The notes: generated by a model not told the origin, from the letters alone. Positions 27,759-36,251 are shown, counted from the stretch's first letter. The stretch is 62,833 nucleotides of DNA from a virus (IMGVR_UViG_3300010413_000029:1-62833); one strand, 5' to 3'. Made by a program: numbers and translations.

Positions 27759-27824
27759 TGGATGATTTACAACTCCATTATAATTTGTATGTCCCTAGTA
27801 GTCAAGGACTTCACTGGATAAAAA
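27759..27824 (-). promoter_or_regulatory. Conserved phage promoter module
   Basis: TTTTTATCC, TTGACT(27805-27800)-17-TATAAT, TCATCCA, AGGAGA. Confidence 0.8.
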
Positions 27825-28058
27825 TTAACCTTTATCAAATAATGGTTCGTAGTTTTCACCAGTAAGTTCTGGCAATTCATCCAGATATGTTCCCCATCGT
27901 GGCATAGTTTTTACCCCTTTCATCGCATCGTAACATCCTGGGCACAGTCTATATCCTTTGTTCCAATTCTCAATCGAAATCATCCACTGACAATTAGAGC
28001 AAAGACGACCTTCTTCTTTGGCTCTATGATATTGTCGTGCCATGATTTTGTTCATCAC
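27825..28058 (-). CDS. Small Zn-finger hypothetical protein
   Basis: CSNC...CPGC; AGGAGG RBS. Confidence 0.6.
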   Translation of the reverse strand: MMNKIMARQYHRAKEEGRLCSNCQWMISIENWNKGYRLCPGCYDAMKGVKTMPRWGTYLDELPELTGENYEPLFDKG

Positions 28059-28064
28059 AACCTC

Positions 28065-29555
28065 CTACGGTAATCTACTCGCATGGCTCGGCCTTTGCGC
28101 ATTGGGAGCATACGGTTTATCGGTGAACCATTGTGCAACCAAGTCATAATCCCACAGGGTGGGGGTGAAACGATTGCCATCTCTGTCTTTCATAATCCAG
28201 ATGCTAATCTTGAGATTCTTCGCACCAACCAACTGCTGGTTGACTTCCGGCATCAAGACTAACATCACATCCGTAACATGCTTGATCTGCCTTGCCCACG
28301 GAATGGCATTCAAATCTGGCAATTGATTCTTCTGCCCATTGCCATTCATGGCCTTCTGGTTTCGCTTGAAGAACTCAGCAGACTCATCCGGTGAAATGGC
28401 ATGCACCACTCCACAGGCACAATCATATTTGTTCGCAATAGATTTCAACATCGTGAAGTTGTGCAACATATTGACGGTCTTGTTCTGTCCCCCATCTTCC
28501 TCAACCTGATTGATCTGATCTACCACGAATAAGGCAGGGCGATGCAAACGAACTGCTCTCTCGATCTCACGCAGGTTGGTAGCCCGCGAGTTAAACTTGA
28601 GTCTGCCACCATACTTTCCCTGGTATTCATTTACAATAGCATCCCGCAAATCTTGCTGCTCCTGCGGTGTAAGCTTTCCACTTCTAACCTTTTTCCCATT
28701 CACATGGGCAAGTCCAGCAACTCGCCGTAGGACATTCTGCTTATTGGTGGACTCAAGCCCAAAATAGAGTGCCTTCTTTCCAGCCAACGCAACCTGCTCA
28801 CATACTTGCAACCACCATGCGCTCTTTCCAAATGAACTATCCCCGATCATGAGCGTGGCACCAATGGGCAACCCACCCAAAGCATCGGTGTGGTCAAATT
28901 CTGGAAAGCCAGTCATAATTCCAGTCGGATTGTTATTGTCAATATCGATCAATAGATCAACACTGGCCTCGTCGCTATCCTCTGTGTCATCATCCTGAGA
29001 GTAGTTGACATCCTCCCTTACAACCAACTTGTCATACTTTGAAAGGGTGGTCTCAATATCACAACTTTCATCATAACCCAACGCAGCTATTTCATTGGCC
29101 TTAGCAATCAGTTTTCTCCTGACAGAATGAGCCTCAATAATTCTGCCATAAGAGAGAATGCTTGCTACATCCAAGGTCGGAATCCCAGTTGCAACCGTAA
29201 TCAAGGCTGTCAGGTAAGCAGGACCACCAATATCAGCCAATTGACCTAATCCATCCAACACATCACTGATAGTCATAATGTCAACTACCCTGCTAAAGTC
29301 CAAACAAGTCTGCATCGCCTCCCAAATCCAGCGATGCCGATGGATGTAGAAGTCATCAGCTTTCAAGAACTCAGCCACATCGGGGTAAAACTGCGGATAG
29401 ATCAAGAGGGCGCCCAAAAGTAACTCCTCCGCCTCCCGTGAATGCGGAATACTCAGAAAGGTAGGAGGCTCCTCAGGTTGGTCAATCTCTGGAAGGATGA
29501 AATCATCAAAAGGGTCATCAAGTGGCGCTGGGGGTGGCAGGTTCGGTGCAGTCAT
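28065..29555 (-). CDS. dnaB: DnaB-like replicative helicase
   Basis: PHSREAEE.LLGALLI, DDFYIHRHRWIWE, TGI.TGF..FD...LGGL, Walker A GDSSFGKS, KDRDG. Confidence 0.85.
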   Translation of the reverse strand: MTAPNLPPPAPLDDPFDDFILPEIDQPEEPPTFLSIPHSREAEELLLGALLIYPQFYPDVAEFLKADDFYIHRHRWIWEAMQTCLDFSRVVDIMTISDVLDGLGQLADIGGPAYLTALITVATGIPTLDVASILSYGRIIEAHSVRRKLIAKANEIAALGYDESCDIETTLSKYDKLVVREDVNYSQDDDTEDSDEASVDLLIDIDNNNPTGIMTGFPEFDHTDALGGLPIGATLMIGDSSFGKSAWWLQVCEQVALAGKKALYFGLESTNKQNVLRRVAGLAHVNGKKVRSGKLTPQEQQDLRDAIVNEYQGKYGGRLKFNSRATNLREIERAVRLHRPALFVVDQINQVEEDGGQNKTVNMLHNFTMLKSIANKYDCACGVVHAISPDESAEFFKRNQKAMNGNGQKNQLPDLNAIPWARQIKHVTDVMLVLMPEVNQQLVGAKNLKISIWIMKDRDGNRFTPTLWDYDLVAQWFTDKPYAPNAQRPSHASRLP

Positions 29556-29564
29556 TCAGTTCTC

Positions 29565-30479
29565 CTAGGTAGTTATATTGCCAAAATCAAAGGGGGCAAA
29601 GCCAGTCTCAGGGTCGATCTCAACAGGGACATTATTGGGATTGTTCGCAGGAAAGGCTTCAGGATAGGCCTCGATCATTTTGTTCGGGTTCCAGAACTTC
29701 ATCGAGAAATTGTCATCCTCAAACAGGTAGCGCATGAACACATGCAAGTGTCTTCCCTTCGTCTGTTCCTGCTCATCCACAAAACGATAAAAGCTCTCCC
29801 ACTTATTGAAGCTCACCCGAGTATCCAAAATAGCACAAAACAACTCATGGATTTCCTCAAGCCTAGTAGACTTCTTTACCCCGGGTTGCATTCGCAAAGC
29901 ATTCATCCACCCTTCAATGGGATCTCCACGCTTGTCTTCACTTTCTACAATGCGTTGTCTATCTTGTTCTAAAGTTTTTGAAAAATCGTCCTGCTCTACT
30001 TTTTCTTTATTCTTTTCTTTATTCTTTGCTTCATGTGGTGAGTAACCTCCTTCACCTGATGATGTACCTCCTTCATGTGGTGAAGGCTTCATGTCATGAA
30101 GGGTCTTTTTGAACTCTATTCTAGACTTGATAGATAGATGACTTTCAGCCCATTCAATATTCTTACCCCATAAATCAGGAATAGATAAATGCCAAACAGG
30201 TTGGGGATATCCAGGGTCTTTTCTAACTTCCCCTTCAAGAAAGCCAAGTGAAATCCAATAGTTACGACAATCCACTACTTTTCCAATGGACATGCCACTC
30301 AAAGCAGCTAAATCTTCCGTTGATAAAAAGCATTCACTAGAATCACCTGCTACCTCTTTTATCGTATCCCATAAAGAGTAATCATAAGGTGTCCTACTAT
30401 AATATTTCACAATGCGAGGGTTGATCGTGAAATATTTTGCATCACGACTTTTATCTCTTATTTTGTTTTGATCACTCAT
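29565..30479 (-). CDS. Phage replication initiator protein
   Basis: N-terminal wHTH-like region (CFLSTEDLAALSGMS), internal repeats, immediately upstream of DnaB. Confidence 0.7.
   Translation of the reverse strand: MSDQNKIRDKSRDAKYFTINPRIVKYYSRTPYDYSLWDTIKEVAGDSSECFLSTEDLAALSGMSIGKVVDCRNYWISLGFLEGEVRKDPGYPQPVWHLSIPDLWGKNIEWAESHLSIKSRIEFKKTLHDMKPSPHEGGTSSGEGGYSPHEAKNKEKNKEKVEQDDFSKTLEQDRQRIVESEDKRGDPIEGWMNALRMQPGVKKSTRLEEIHELFCAILDTRVSFNKWESFYRFVDEQEQTKGRHLHVFMRYLFEDDNFSMKFWNPNKMIEAYPEAFPANNPNNVPVEIDPETGFAPFDFGNITT
29995..30102. repeat. Putative replication origin (iterons plus AT-rich tract)
   Basis: CTTCA-N4-TGA units at 30029, 30050, 30071 and 30087, next to a pyrimidine/AT-rich tract inside the initiator gene. 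Confidence 0.6.
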
Positions 30480-30841
30480 GATGCACCTTTTTTAGAATTG
30501 CATTTCTTACATAATGTTTGAAGATTGGATAATTCTAAAGTCCCACCTTTTACCTCTGGATAAATATGATCTACAGTCAAGTTTTTTCTTTTTCCACAAT
30601 GTCGACAAGTGAAATTATCTCGCTCCCATACTTCCCACCTAATTTTTGCAGGTATAATTTCTTTCTTGTAAGATGATTTTTCTTTTGGCCTATTTTGTTC
30701 ATCTTGATATTCTTGATATGCTTCCTGTAAATCTTTTTTCAATATTTCAACAAAATTGGGCCTAGCATCAATATCCTCAAGGCAGAAAATTGCATCACCA
30801 AGTCGTCTAACCCTATTATGTAGAGTTTCTAATAATTCCAT
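30476..30841 (-). CDS. HNH endonuclease
   Basis: VWERDNFTCRHCG...LTVDHIYP..KGG....NLQTLCKKCNSKK. Confidence 0.9.
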   Translation of the reverse strand: MELLETLHNRVRRLGDAIFCLEDIDARPNFVEILKKDLQEAYQEYQDEQNRPKEKSSYKKEIIPAKIRWEVWERDNFTCRHCGKRKNLTVDHIYPEVKGGTLELSNLQTLCKKCNSKKGAS

Positions 30842-31055
30842 AACAAACTCCTAACCCAGATACAAAAATCCCTTTCAAACTTTGATAACGGCTCAGGCAA
30901 CACAGGCTTTGATTACATCGGTGGCTTCCGATAGAACCTAAGCCGTTATCAAAATCCAAAAAGGATTGATATTTTGCCCGTGTTTTGCGCTTTTGTTTAG
31001 CGGTAGCCAGCCGCGCGCCTAAACATATTCTAAAGGATGTTCACGATTCTGTCAA
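30842..31055 (-). ncRNA. Promoter plus c4/CI-like structured leader RNA
   Basis: TTGACA-17-TAGAAT; hairpin loop CUGGCUA complementary to loop AAGCCA; AACACGGGC complementary to GCCUGUGUU; long closing stem UUUUGAUAACGGCU/AGCCGUUAUCAAAG; U-tract; AGGAG. Confidence 0.65.
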
Positions 31056-31181
31056 ATGGGATTTCAAAAAATCAATCACCAATTTTCCATCAACAATGGC
31101 ACACTCATAATCATTATTTGGTAAGTATCCCTTGACAACAAGTAGAACATGTGATAACATGTAGTTGTTAGGAGATACACG

Positions 31182-32081
31182 ATGACCACAAAGACCCGCA
31201 AACAACCCAAAAGCCCGATGCAGAAATTCACGCTCAAAGACTTTCAACAGATGTTCCCTGATGACGATACCTGTCTGGATTACATCATGAGCCAGAAATA
31301 CCCTGAGAGAATCGATTGCCCTCAGTGTGGACGCAATAGCATTTTCCATCGTGTGACTGGTCGCAAATCCTATGCCTGTGATGGGTGCGGGTATCACATT
31401 GCTCCTACCGCTAATACCGTATTCCATAAGTCAAGCACCTCCCTGACCATTTGGTTCTATGTCATTTACTTGATGGCACAAACGCGCGGCGGTATTTCTG
31501 CAAAGCAAATCCAGCGCGAGACGGGCGTTACTTATAAGACAGCCTGGAGAATGTGCAAGGAAGTACGCGAAGTTCTTTTTGAAGATCACGACCCAATGAG
31601 CGGCGATGTAGAAATGGATGAAAGCTATTTTGGTGGCAAGTCTCACGGCAAGCGCGGGCGTGGTGCTGAGAATAAAACCGCAGTATTTGGAATGGTAGAG
31701 CGAAACGGGAAGCTCGAAGCGCGAGTAGTTCCCAATTGCCAGCGCAAGACCCTTTTCCCGATTGTGACGGATAATGTTGAACAGGGTACACAAGTTTACA
31801 CGGATGAATTCAACGTTTATCAGACCTTGCCCGCGATGGGATACAAACACGGGACGGTTCCACACGCTGAAAAGGTTTATGTTGTAGGCAATGCTCATGT
31901 CAATACAATCGAGGGTTTCTGGTCACAGTGCAAGAATGGTATTCGCGGCGTTTATCATTCGGTGAGTGCAACCTACTTACAACACTACTTGGATGAGTAC
32001 GCATTCCGCTATAACCATCGCAATGATGTTACTCCGATGTTCCTGACTTTTCTTTCGCGGGCGATTTCTCAATCTTCTTAG
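31182..32081 (+). CDS. IS1595-family DDE transposase
   Basis: Zn ribbon CPQC/CDGC, GISAKQIQRETGVTYKTAWRM, VEMDESY, YTDE, NTIEGFWS, YLDEYAFRYN. Confidence 0.95.
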   Translation: MTTKTRKQPKSPMQKFTLKDFQQMFPDDDTCLDYIMSQKYPERIDCPQCGRNSIFHRVTGRKSYACDGCGYHIAPTANTVFHKSSTSLTIWFYVIYLMAQTRGGISAKQIQRETGVTYKTAWRMCKEVREVLFEDHDPMSGDVEMDESYFGGKSHGKRGRGAENKTAVFGMVERNGKLEARVVPNCQRKTLFPIVTDNVEQGTQVYTDEFNVYQTLPAMGYKHGTVPHAEKVYVVGNAHVNTIEGFWSQCKNGIRGVYHSVSATYLQHYLDEYAFRYNHRNDVTPMFLTFLSRAISQSS

Positions 32082-32970
32082 CAATCACTTTGTTGAGTGA
32101 TTTCAAGAAGTCTTCTTTAGTGAAAACTTCCTCTTCGGAGGAGGTTTTTTGTTGTTTCTTTTTGGGTTGTTTATCTTTCATATTTTTCTCTTTTCCATCA
32201 ATTGAAATGTTTCCATCGGGCATTATATGTATACTTATTGTCTTTATCGGTAAAACTGTTTTTTCGTTATCTAATTCCATGTGGCTTATTATTTCAACTT
32301 CAATCACTACCTCAGGCGTTATTTGATTTTCTTGAAAAGGCCATTCAACACCGTTTTCTTTCGGTACTGTCATGAATTTATAAACCGTAGATGGGTTTTC
32401 TAATCCTGTTATAGCAAAATCTTTGCTCTTCCCGTGTTTGATACTTTTATCTTCATCATAGAATCCCATGTTTTGATTTTCATAATCAATAATTGGAAAA
32501 TAATATGCTTTTTTTACTTCCCTAAATGAAAAAATATCTTGATTTACCCTTCTAGTAATCCAGCGAACTTGTATCCTATCTAAATCAAATATCTTGTCAT
32601 TTGTGATTCTCAACGCATAACCAGAAACACCAACAATATGATATGGAACTTCGTCAAATCTAACCAGGCTCCAATTGTGCTTTGACAATACAATCTTTTT
32701 TTCCTCATACAAGACCTCGTTGGCGTGAATATAGGTTCCTATTGCTATTATCACGAACCAAATCAAGCCTGATATAGCAGCTACAATTTTTACAAAAATA
32801 TCATCTATTGCAATATCAACAGAACCGCCATAAAAAGCTATTAGAGGACCTACAAGAGCTACAACAATGCTTGTCACGGTTTGTTTCCAATCACCCCACC
32901 CAAACCACGATTTAATTTCGTCCCCCCAAATATGTCTAATTTCTTCCCAATATGTTGTTTCTCTTTCCAT
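32029..32970 (-). CDS. IS passenger: two-TM membrane protein with soluble C-terminal domain
   Basis: Two hydrophobic segments, AT-rich, inside the IS ends. Confidence 0.7.
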   Translation of the reverse strand: MERETTYWEEIRHIWGDEIKSWFGWGDWKQTVTSIVVALVGPLIAFYGGSVDIAIDDIFVKIVAAISGLIWFVIIAIGTYIHANEVLYEEKKIVLSKHNWSLVRFDEVPYHIVGVSGYALRITNDKIFDLDRIQVRWITRRVNQDIFSFREVKKAYYFPIIDYENQNMGFYDEDKSIKHGKSKDFAITGLENPSTVYKFMTVPKENGVEWPFQENQITPEVVIEVEIISHMELDNEKTVLPIKTISIHIMPDGNISIDGKEKNMKDKQPKKKQQKTSSEEEVFTKEDFLKSLNKVIAKKIEKSPAKEKSGTSE

Positions 32971-33043
32971 ATCTCACACTCCCCCTTTATTGTACACAAT
33001 AACCATGAAAAACCATTGAGAAATAAGGGTTTATTTGTAGTGC

Positions 33044-33682
33044 TCATATCACCCTCTTTTGTAAAGAGCGTAGCCACTTCAATAACTTCATATAAGAATT
33101 TGTTTTGCTAATATGATATGGTGCATTGCTTATAGAAATCTCTAATCCGTCTGGATTTTTTGACATTCTCAATATAAGCCCACGATATTCCCCTTCAAGT
33201 ATCCTGATAGAAATAGCTTCGTTTATATCTGAGACTACATTTGCTCCATAATATAGTTCTTTCCAATCCAAAAGACCAAGACTAAGCGCTATGTCTCTGC
33301 TAATAAAAGCATATAGCCTTTGTTCAAACTCTTCTTTTGTAATGGAAACTATAAAAACTTTCTTCCTCCTTAGAATCATTGGGTAAAATATCAATTTGAG
33401 AATATCAAATATAACTGCTAAAATAAACAGACCAAGCATTACCCCCAATATACACGCTAACGAAAAACCAATGGTTACCCATACAGAACAAAGAGCATAC
33501 CCTTCTAAGTGAAGCCCAAAGAAAGGATTGCCAGCAGTACAATAATAGCTAATCATACCGCCAGCATCCTTGACCGCAAAAGCAATAATTGTTGGAGTAC
33601 ATATTGCTGAAACAACAGCAATGATCGTCCAGAATTTATTGATATATTTCTTCGGAGTATCCATAGCGCCCGTCCTTTCCAC
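33044..33682 (-). CDS. IS passenger: two-TM membrane protein
   Basis: Two hydrophobic segments, AT-rich, inside the IS ends. Confidence 0.7.
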   Translation of the reverse strand: MERTGAMDTPKKYINKFWTIIAVVSAICTPTIIAFAVKDAGGMISYYCTAGNPFFGLHLEGYALCSVWVTIGFSLACILGVMLGLFILAVIFDILKLIFYPMILRRKKVFIVSITKEEFEQRLYAFISRDIALSLGLLDWKELYYGANVVSDINEAISIRILEGEYRGLILRMSKNPDGLEISISNAPYHISKTNSYMKLLKWLRSLQKRVI

Positions 33683-33851
33683 ACCCCCATTTTACCCCAA
33701 TACTTGTTACAAGGGGATACTCGCCCATTATTTTTACTAACATCCCATCCTATCTTGAAAAGGAAAGTTCCATCTTCCAAGACTTCTATTCCAAGGCGAT
33801 GACCTTCTTCTGATTCATCTTCAATCTCGATTTTTTTGATGCGATTATCCA

Positions 33852-34103
33852 TCAAAACAACTCCATCTGTTCCTTCGGCACTTCCACCTTCTTCACTCGT
33901 TGCCGATAATGATTGACAGTCTCAGGGTGCAATTGCCGCTTGATCTCATCCAGCCACACCTTATATGGCCAGTATTTCTTGGGGCCAAACGGGTAGGCCT
34001 CACTCAAGGCCTTGCGAATCTGCTTCTCAGTCTTTCCAGTAGCTCGGCAATTGTGAATGACGCGCTGGATGATAGGAGCAACCTGCTCACGCCAAGTTGA
34101 CAT
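33852..34103 (-). CDS. Conserved phage hypothetical protein
   Basis: AYPFGPKKYWPYKVWLDEI motif. Confidence 0.65.
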   Translation of the reverse strand: MSTWREQVAPIIQRVIHNCRATGKTEKQIRKALSEAYPFGPKKYWPYKVWLDEIKRQLHPETVNHYRQRVKKVEVPKEQMELF

Positions 34104-34371
34104 CTTTGCTCATTTCTGCCAACTTCCAACAAGCACACCCATGCTCACATCTCCAATAGTATTTCCCACAATAGGGGCCAGCCAGGGTGTGCAATGTTAT
34201 CTTGTCGCAGCGATAGCAAAAGGATTTCTTGTGAACCTTCCCAATATCCTTTGGATCTGAAGTCTGTTCTTCAGCACACACAGGGCAATGGGTGTTCGAT
34301 GAGTTCTTGGGGCGAAAGACATGCCCTTTCGAGCATGTCAATTTGCTGATGGTCACAATTCCTCGATACAA
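34087..34371 (-). CDS. Cys-rich hypothetical protein
   Basis: Multiple CxxC/CxxH pairs. Confidence 0.5.
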   Translation of the reverse strand: MYRGIVTISKLTCSKGHVFRPKNSSNTHCPVCAEEQTSDPKDIGKVHKKSFCYRCDKITLHTLAGPYCGKYYWRCEHGCACWKLAEMSKDVNLA

Positions 34372-34661
34372 TAGTTCACATGGCTTCCAGGCTCCCCGGA
34401 CTTCTGAACCGTGTGCCAGATCGCGATCTGCGCCTTTCGTTTGGATGGGAATTCAGTGTACGTCCCAAAGGACACAATCTCAAGGTTTTTCTCAACTTTG
34501 TTGTAAAACATCAAAGTTTTATCAGGCAAGTGTCGCACCACACACTTCTTCGGTGGCTCAGGGGGCGTGTACTTTCTTTGCTTCTTCTGTGGCCTGGACT
34601 TGCGACCTGGCTTACCACGATAGTGCCGATTGTTATTCGAATAATGTTGATTCTGGTTCAT
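34353..34661 (-). CDS. Basic hypothetical protein
   Basis: Coupled ORF with GAGG RBS. Confidence 0.55.
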   Translation of the reverse strand: MNQNQHYSNNNRHYRGKPGRKSRPQKKQRKYTPPEPPKKCVVRHLPDKTLMFYNKVEKNLEIVSFGTYTEFPSKRKAQIAIWHTVQKSGEPGSHVNYCIEEL

Positions 34662-34984
34662 GATACCTCTCTATTAGCAAGATTCAATTTGTTCAATTTT
34701 TCTCCAAAATCAATAAATTGTTCTGGATCACAAATATGGATATGACGCGGATTTCCATCACCAAAAGGGAACATCCCATCATGCCAAACAAAAATATCAA
34801 TACACCCACCAAATCTTGATTGTGCATCATGAGACTCCTCCCATCTTTTATCCATAACAGCAACGGCTTTTCCTGAATAGCCACCCATCTGTGGATACCA
34901 AATGGCATATCCAATCTTGTCATCAGATTCAAGCACTTTATCATTTGAGTCACACTGTTCAGAAGTTGGTTCTTGAATAGTCAA
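34658..34984 (-). CDS. Hypothetical protein
   Basis: TTG start 5 nt after AGGAGA, downstream of the promoter at 35047. Confidence 0.65.
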   Translation of the reverse strand: MTIQEPTSEQCDSNDKVLESDDKIGYAIWYPQMGGYSGKAVAVMDKRWEESHDAQSRFGGCIDIFVWHDGMFPFGDGNPRHIHICDPEQFIDFGEKLNKLNLANREVS

Positions 34985-34999
34985 TTTATTCTCCTTTAC

Positions 35000-35090
35000 T
35001 GGATGATTGTACACAAGTATATTAGTATAAACTCCCTTAGATGTCAAGACATTGGCAGGATAATTTTTATCCCGCAACTATAGCGCGGGA
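35000..35090 (-). promoter_or_regulatory. Conserved phage promoter module with upstream 28-bp hairpin repeat
   Basis: TTGACA(35047-35042)-17-TAATAT, TCATCCA, AGGAGA. Confidence 0.8.
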
Positions 35091-35103
35091 ACTTACCTTT
35101 TGT

Positions 35104-35224
35104 TAAATGCGATGCACCCGGGAGCAGACCGGGTGCATCATGCAGGGGAGGGTGTGGAGCAGGGAACTTGGCCGAGATTGGTTGTGTAATGCCACCTAGC
35201 ATTGCAAAGACAGTTTCAGTGGCA
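35104..35224 (-). ncRNA. Candidate small RNA 3
   Basis: TGATATACT extended -10 (35238-35230); 5' GCCAC..GUGGC stem; C-rich CUGCUCCACACCCUCCCC; 3' 11-bp hairpin 35111-35139. Confidence 0.5.
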
Positions 35225-35239
35225 AATCAAGTATATCAT

Positions 35240-35319
35240 AAAAAAACCCTATGCTTTGGATGGGCATAGGGTGGGGGACAAGATAGCGGGCTAGGACTAG
35301 TGTATCTCTAATGCTATCT
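35240..35319 (-). ncRNA. Candidate small RNA 2
   Basis: TGGTATAAT (35333-35325); AGAUAGC..GCUAUCU stem; UGUCCCCC linker; terminator ACCCUAUGC-CCAUCCAAA-GCAUAGGGU plus U-run. Confidence 0.6.
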
Positions 35320-35332
35320 AACTCATTATACC

Positions 35333-35453
35333 AAAAAAATGGCCTACTGGCTAGGAGAACGACCGTAACACTCGGAGAGTGCAAATAGGGTCATTTTTGT
35401 TCCAGTAGGCCCAAGTGAAACCTGTTTTCACAGTATGTCTCACTTGCATCCAT
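35333..35453 (-). ncRNA. Candidate small RNA 1
   Basis: TTGACT-17-TACAAT (35486-35458); 5' UGGAUG; GAAA-tetraloop hairpin; closing stem GGCCUACUGG/CCAGUAGGCC plus U7; unpaired UUCUCCUA. Confidence 0.65.
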
Positions 35454-35482
35454 TTGCATTGTAAAGGGGCAATCCTAAAAAG

Positions 35483-35734
35483 TCAAGCCTTCTCAAAATA
35501 GGCATCAATGGCATTGGCAATTTCGGTTGGCACTATTGCCCTACTCTCACCAAATTCCTTTTCAAGAAGCAAACCATCCTCAGTCAACCGATCAATAAAA
35601 TAACTGACAACACTGGTGCTAGTATTGAAATGATCAGAAATATCACGGATGACAGGGCTGCGCTTTTTCTGTTTCCAGAATAGCAAGATGTATTTTAAAT
35701 AGTCATACTTACGATCAGATTGTTTGGGTGGCAT
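35483..35734 (-). CDS. LexA-type winged-helix repressor (DNA-binding domain only)
   Basis: KYILLFWKQKKRSPVIRDISDHFNTSTSVVSYFIDRLTEDGLL...SRAI; TGTTAGAAT 9 nt before ATG. Confidence 0.75.
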   Translation of the reverse strand: MPPKQSDRKYDYLKYILLFWKQKKRSPVIRDISDHFNTSTSVVSYFIDRLTEDGLLLEKEFGESRAIVPTEIANAIDAYFEKA

Positions 35735-35758
35735 AGCACATCCATTCTAACATAAAAT

Positions 35759-35974
35759 CTATGGATTCTTGACCCCTTCCCCCACAGCGGGGTGCTGCAC
35801 CCATCCAGTAGTAGGCGATTCGGGAGCAGGCTTTTCATAGATCGTGCCACTATCCCAAACCTTATTGACTCCATTTTCAGACCAACGAGTCTGGGCATTC
35901 TCATACCCTTCAATCGGGTGTGGATTGGGAACATCAGTTTCTACTGGGGTGTAACCATTGGGTGTTGGTGACAT
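35759..35974 (-). CDS. Small Pro-rich hypothetical protein
   Basis: AAGGAGG RBS before ATG 35974. Confidence 0.55.
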   Translation of the reverse strand: MSPTPNGYTPVETDVPNPHPIEGYENAQTRWSENGVNKVWDSGTIYEKPAPESPTTGWVQHPAVGEGVKNP

Positions 35975-35990
35975 TTTGGCCTCCTTAGCC

Positions 35991-36018
35991 TTGACATATA
36001 TGCCGAACTGCATATAAT
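35991..36018 (+). promoter_or_regulatory. Rightward promoter at the divergence point
   Basis: TTGACA-16-TATAAT. Confidence 0.6.
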
Positions 36019-36059
36019 GTTTATAAGTATTATAAAGATTGTAAGGTAAAGGAGCGCAC

Positions 36060-36251
36060 ATGTCAAGTGAAACTGTATCAAAAACATACCACATTCCCCC
36101 AAAATATGCAGAGGCTCTAGAAGCACTACGCAAGGCAGGTTACAGCGATGACGGTAGCCTGACAAAAGTCAGTGCATTCAAGCAAGCCATCAAGGATGCT
36201 TGGGCCAAACACTTCCCAAATAAACCATTCCCAGGAGATGAGCAATCATGA
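36060..36251 (+). CDS. Small DNA-binding protein (RHH-like), first gene of the rightward operon
   Basis: SKTYHIPPKYAEALEAL...SAFKQAI; AAGGAG RBS. Confidence 0.55.
   Translation: MSSETVSKTYHIPPKYAEALEALRKAGYSDDGSLTKVSAFKQAIKDAWAKHFPNKPFPGDEQS

Larger units (their letters stand above)
31120..33725 (+). mobile_element. IS1595-family element with two passenger genes (2606 bp)
   Basis: IRL GGTAAGTATCCCTTGACAACAAGTA vs IRR reverse complement GGCGAGTATCCCCTTGTAACAAGTA (19/25); 8-bp TSD CATTATTT at 31112-31119 and 33726-33733. Confidence 0.9.
31041..33855 (-). pseudogene. 66-aa phage gene split by the IS1595 insertion
   Basis: Removing the IS and one TSD copy joins MMDNRIKK...WDVSKNN to DYECAIVDGK...LTES in frame. 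Confidence 0.8.

Noticed and set aside
35333-35453. tRNA gene
   Set aside because: The RNA is multi-stem but has no T-loop GTTC arm, D-loop or acceptor stem of tRNA geometry.
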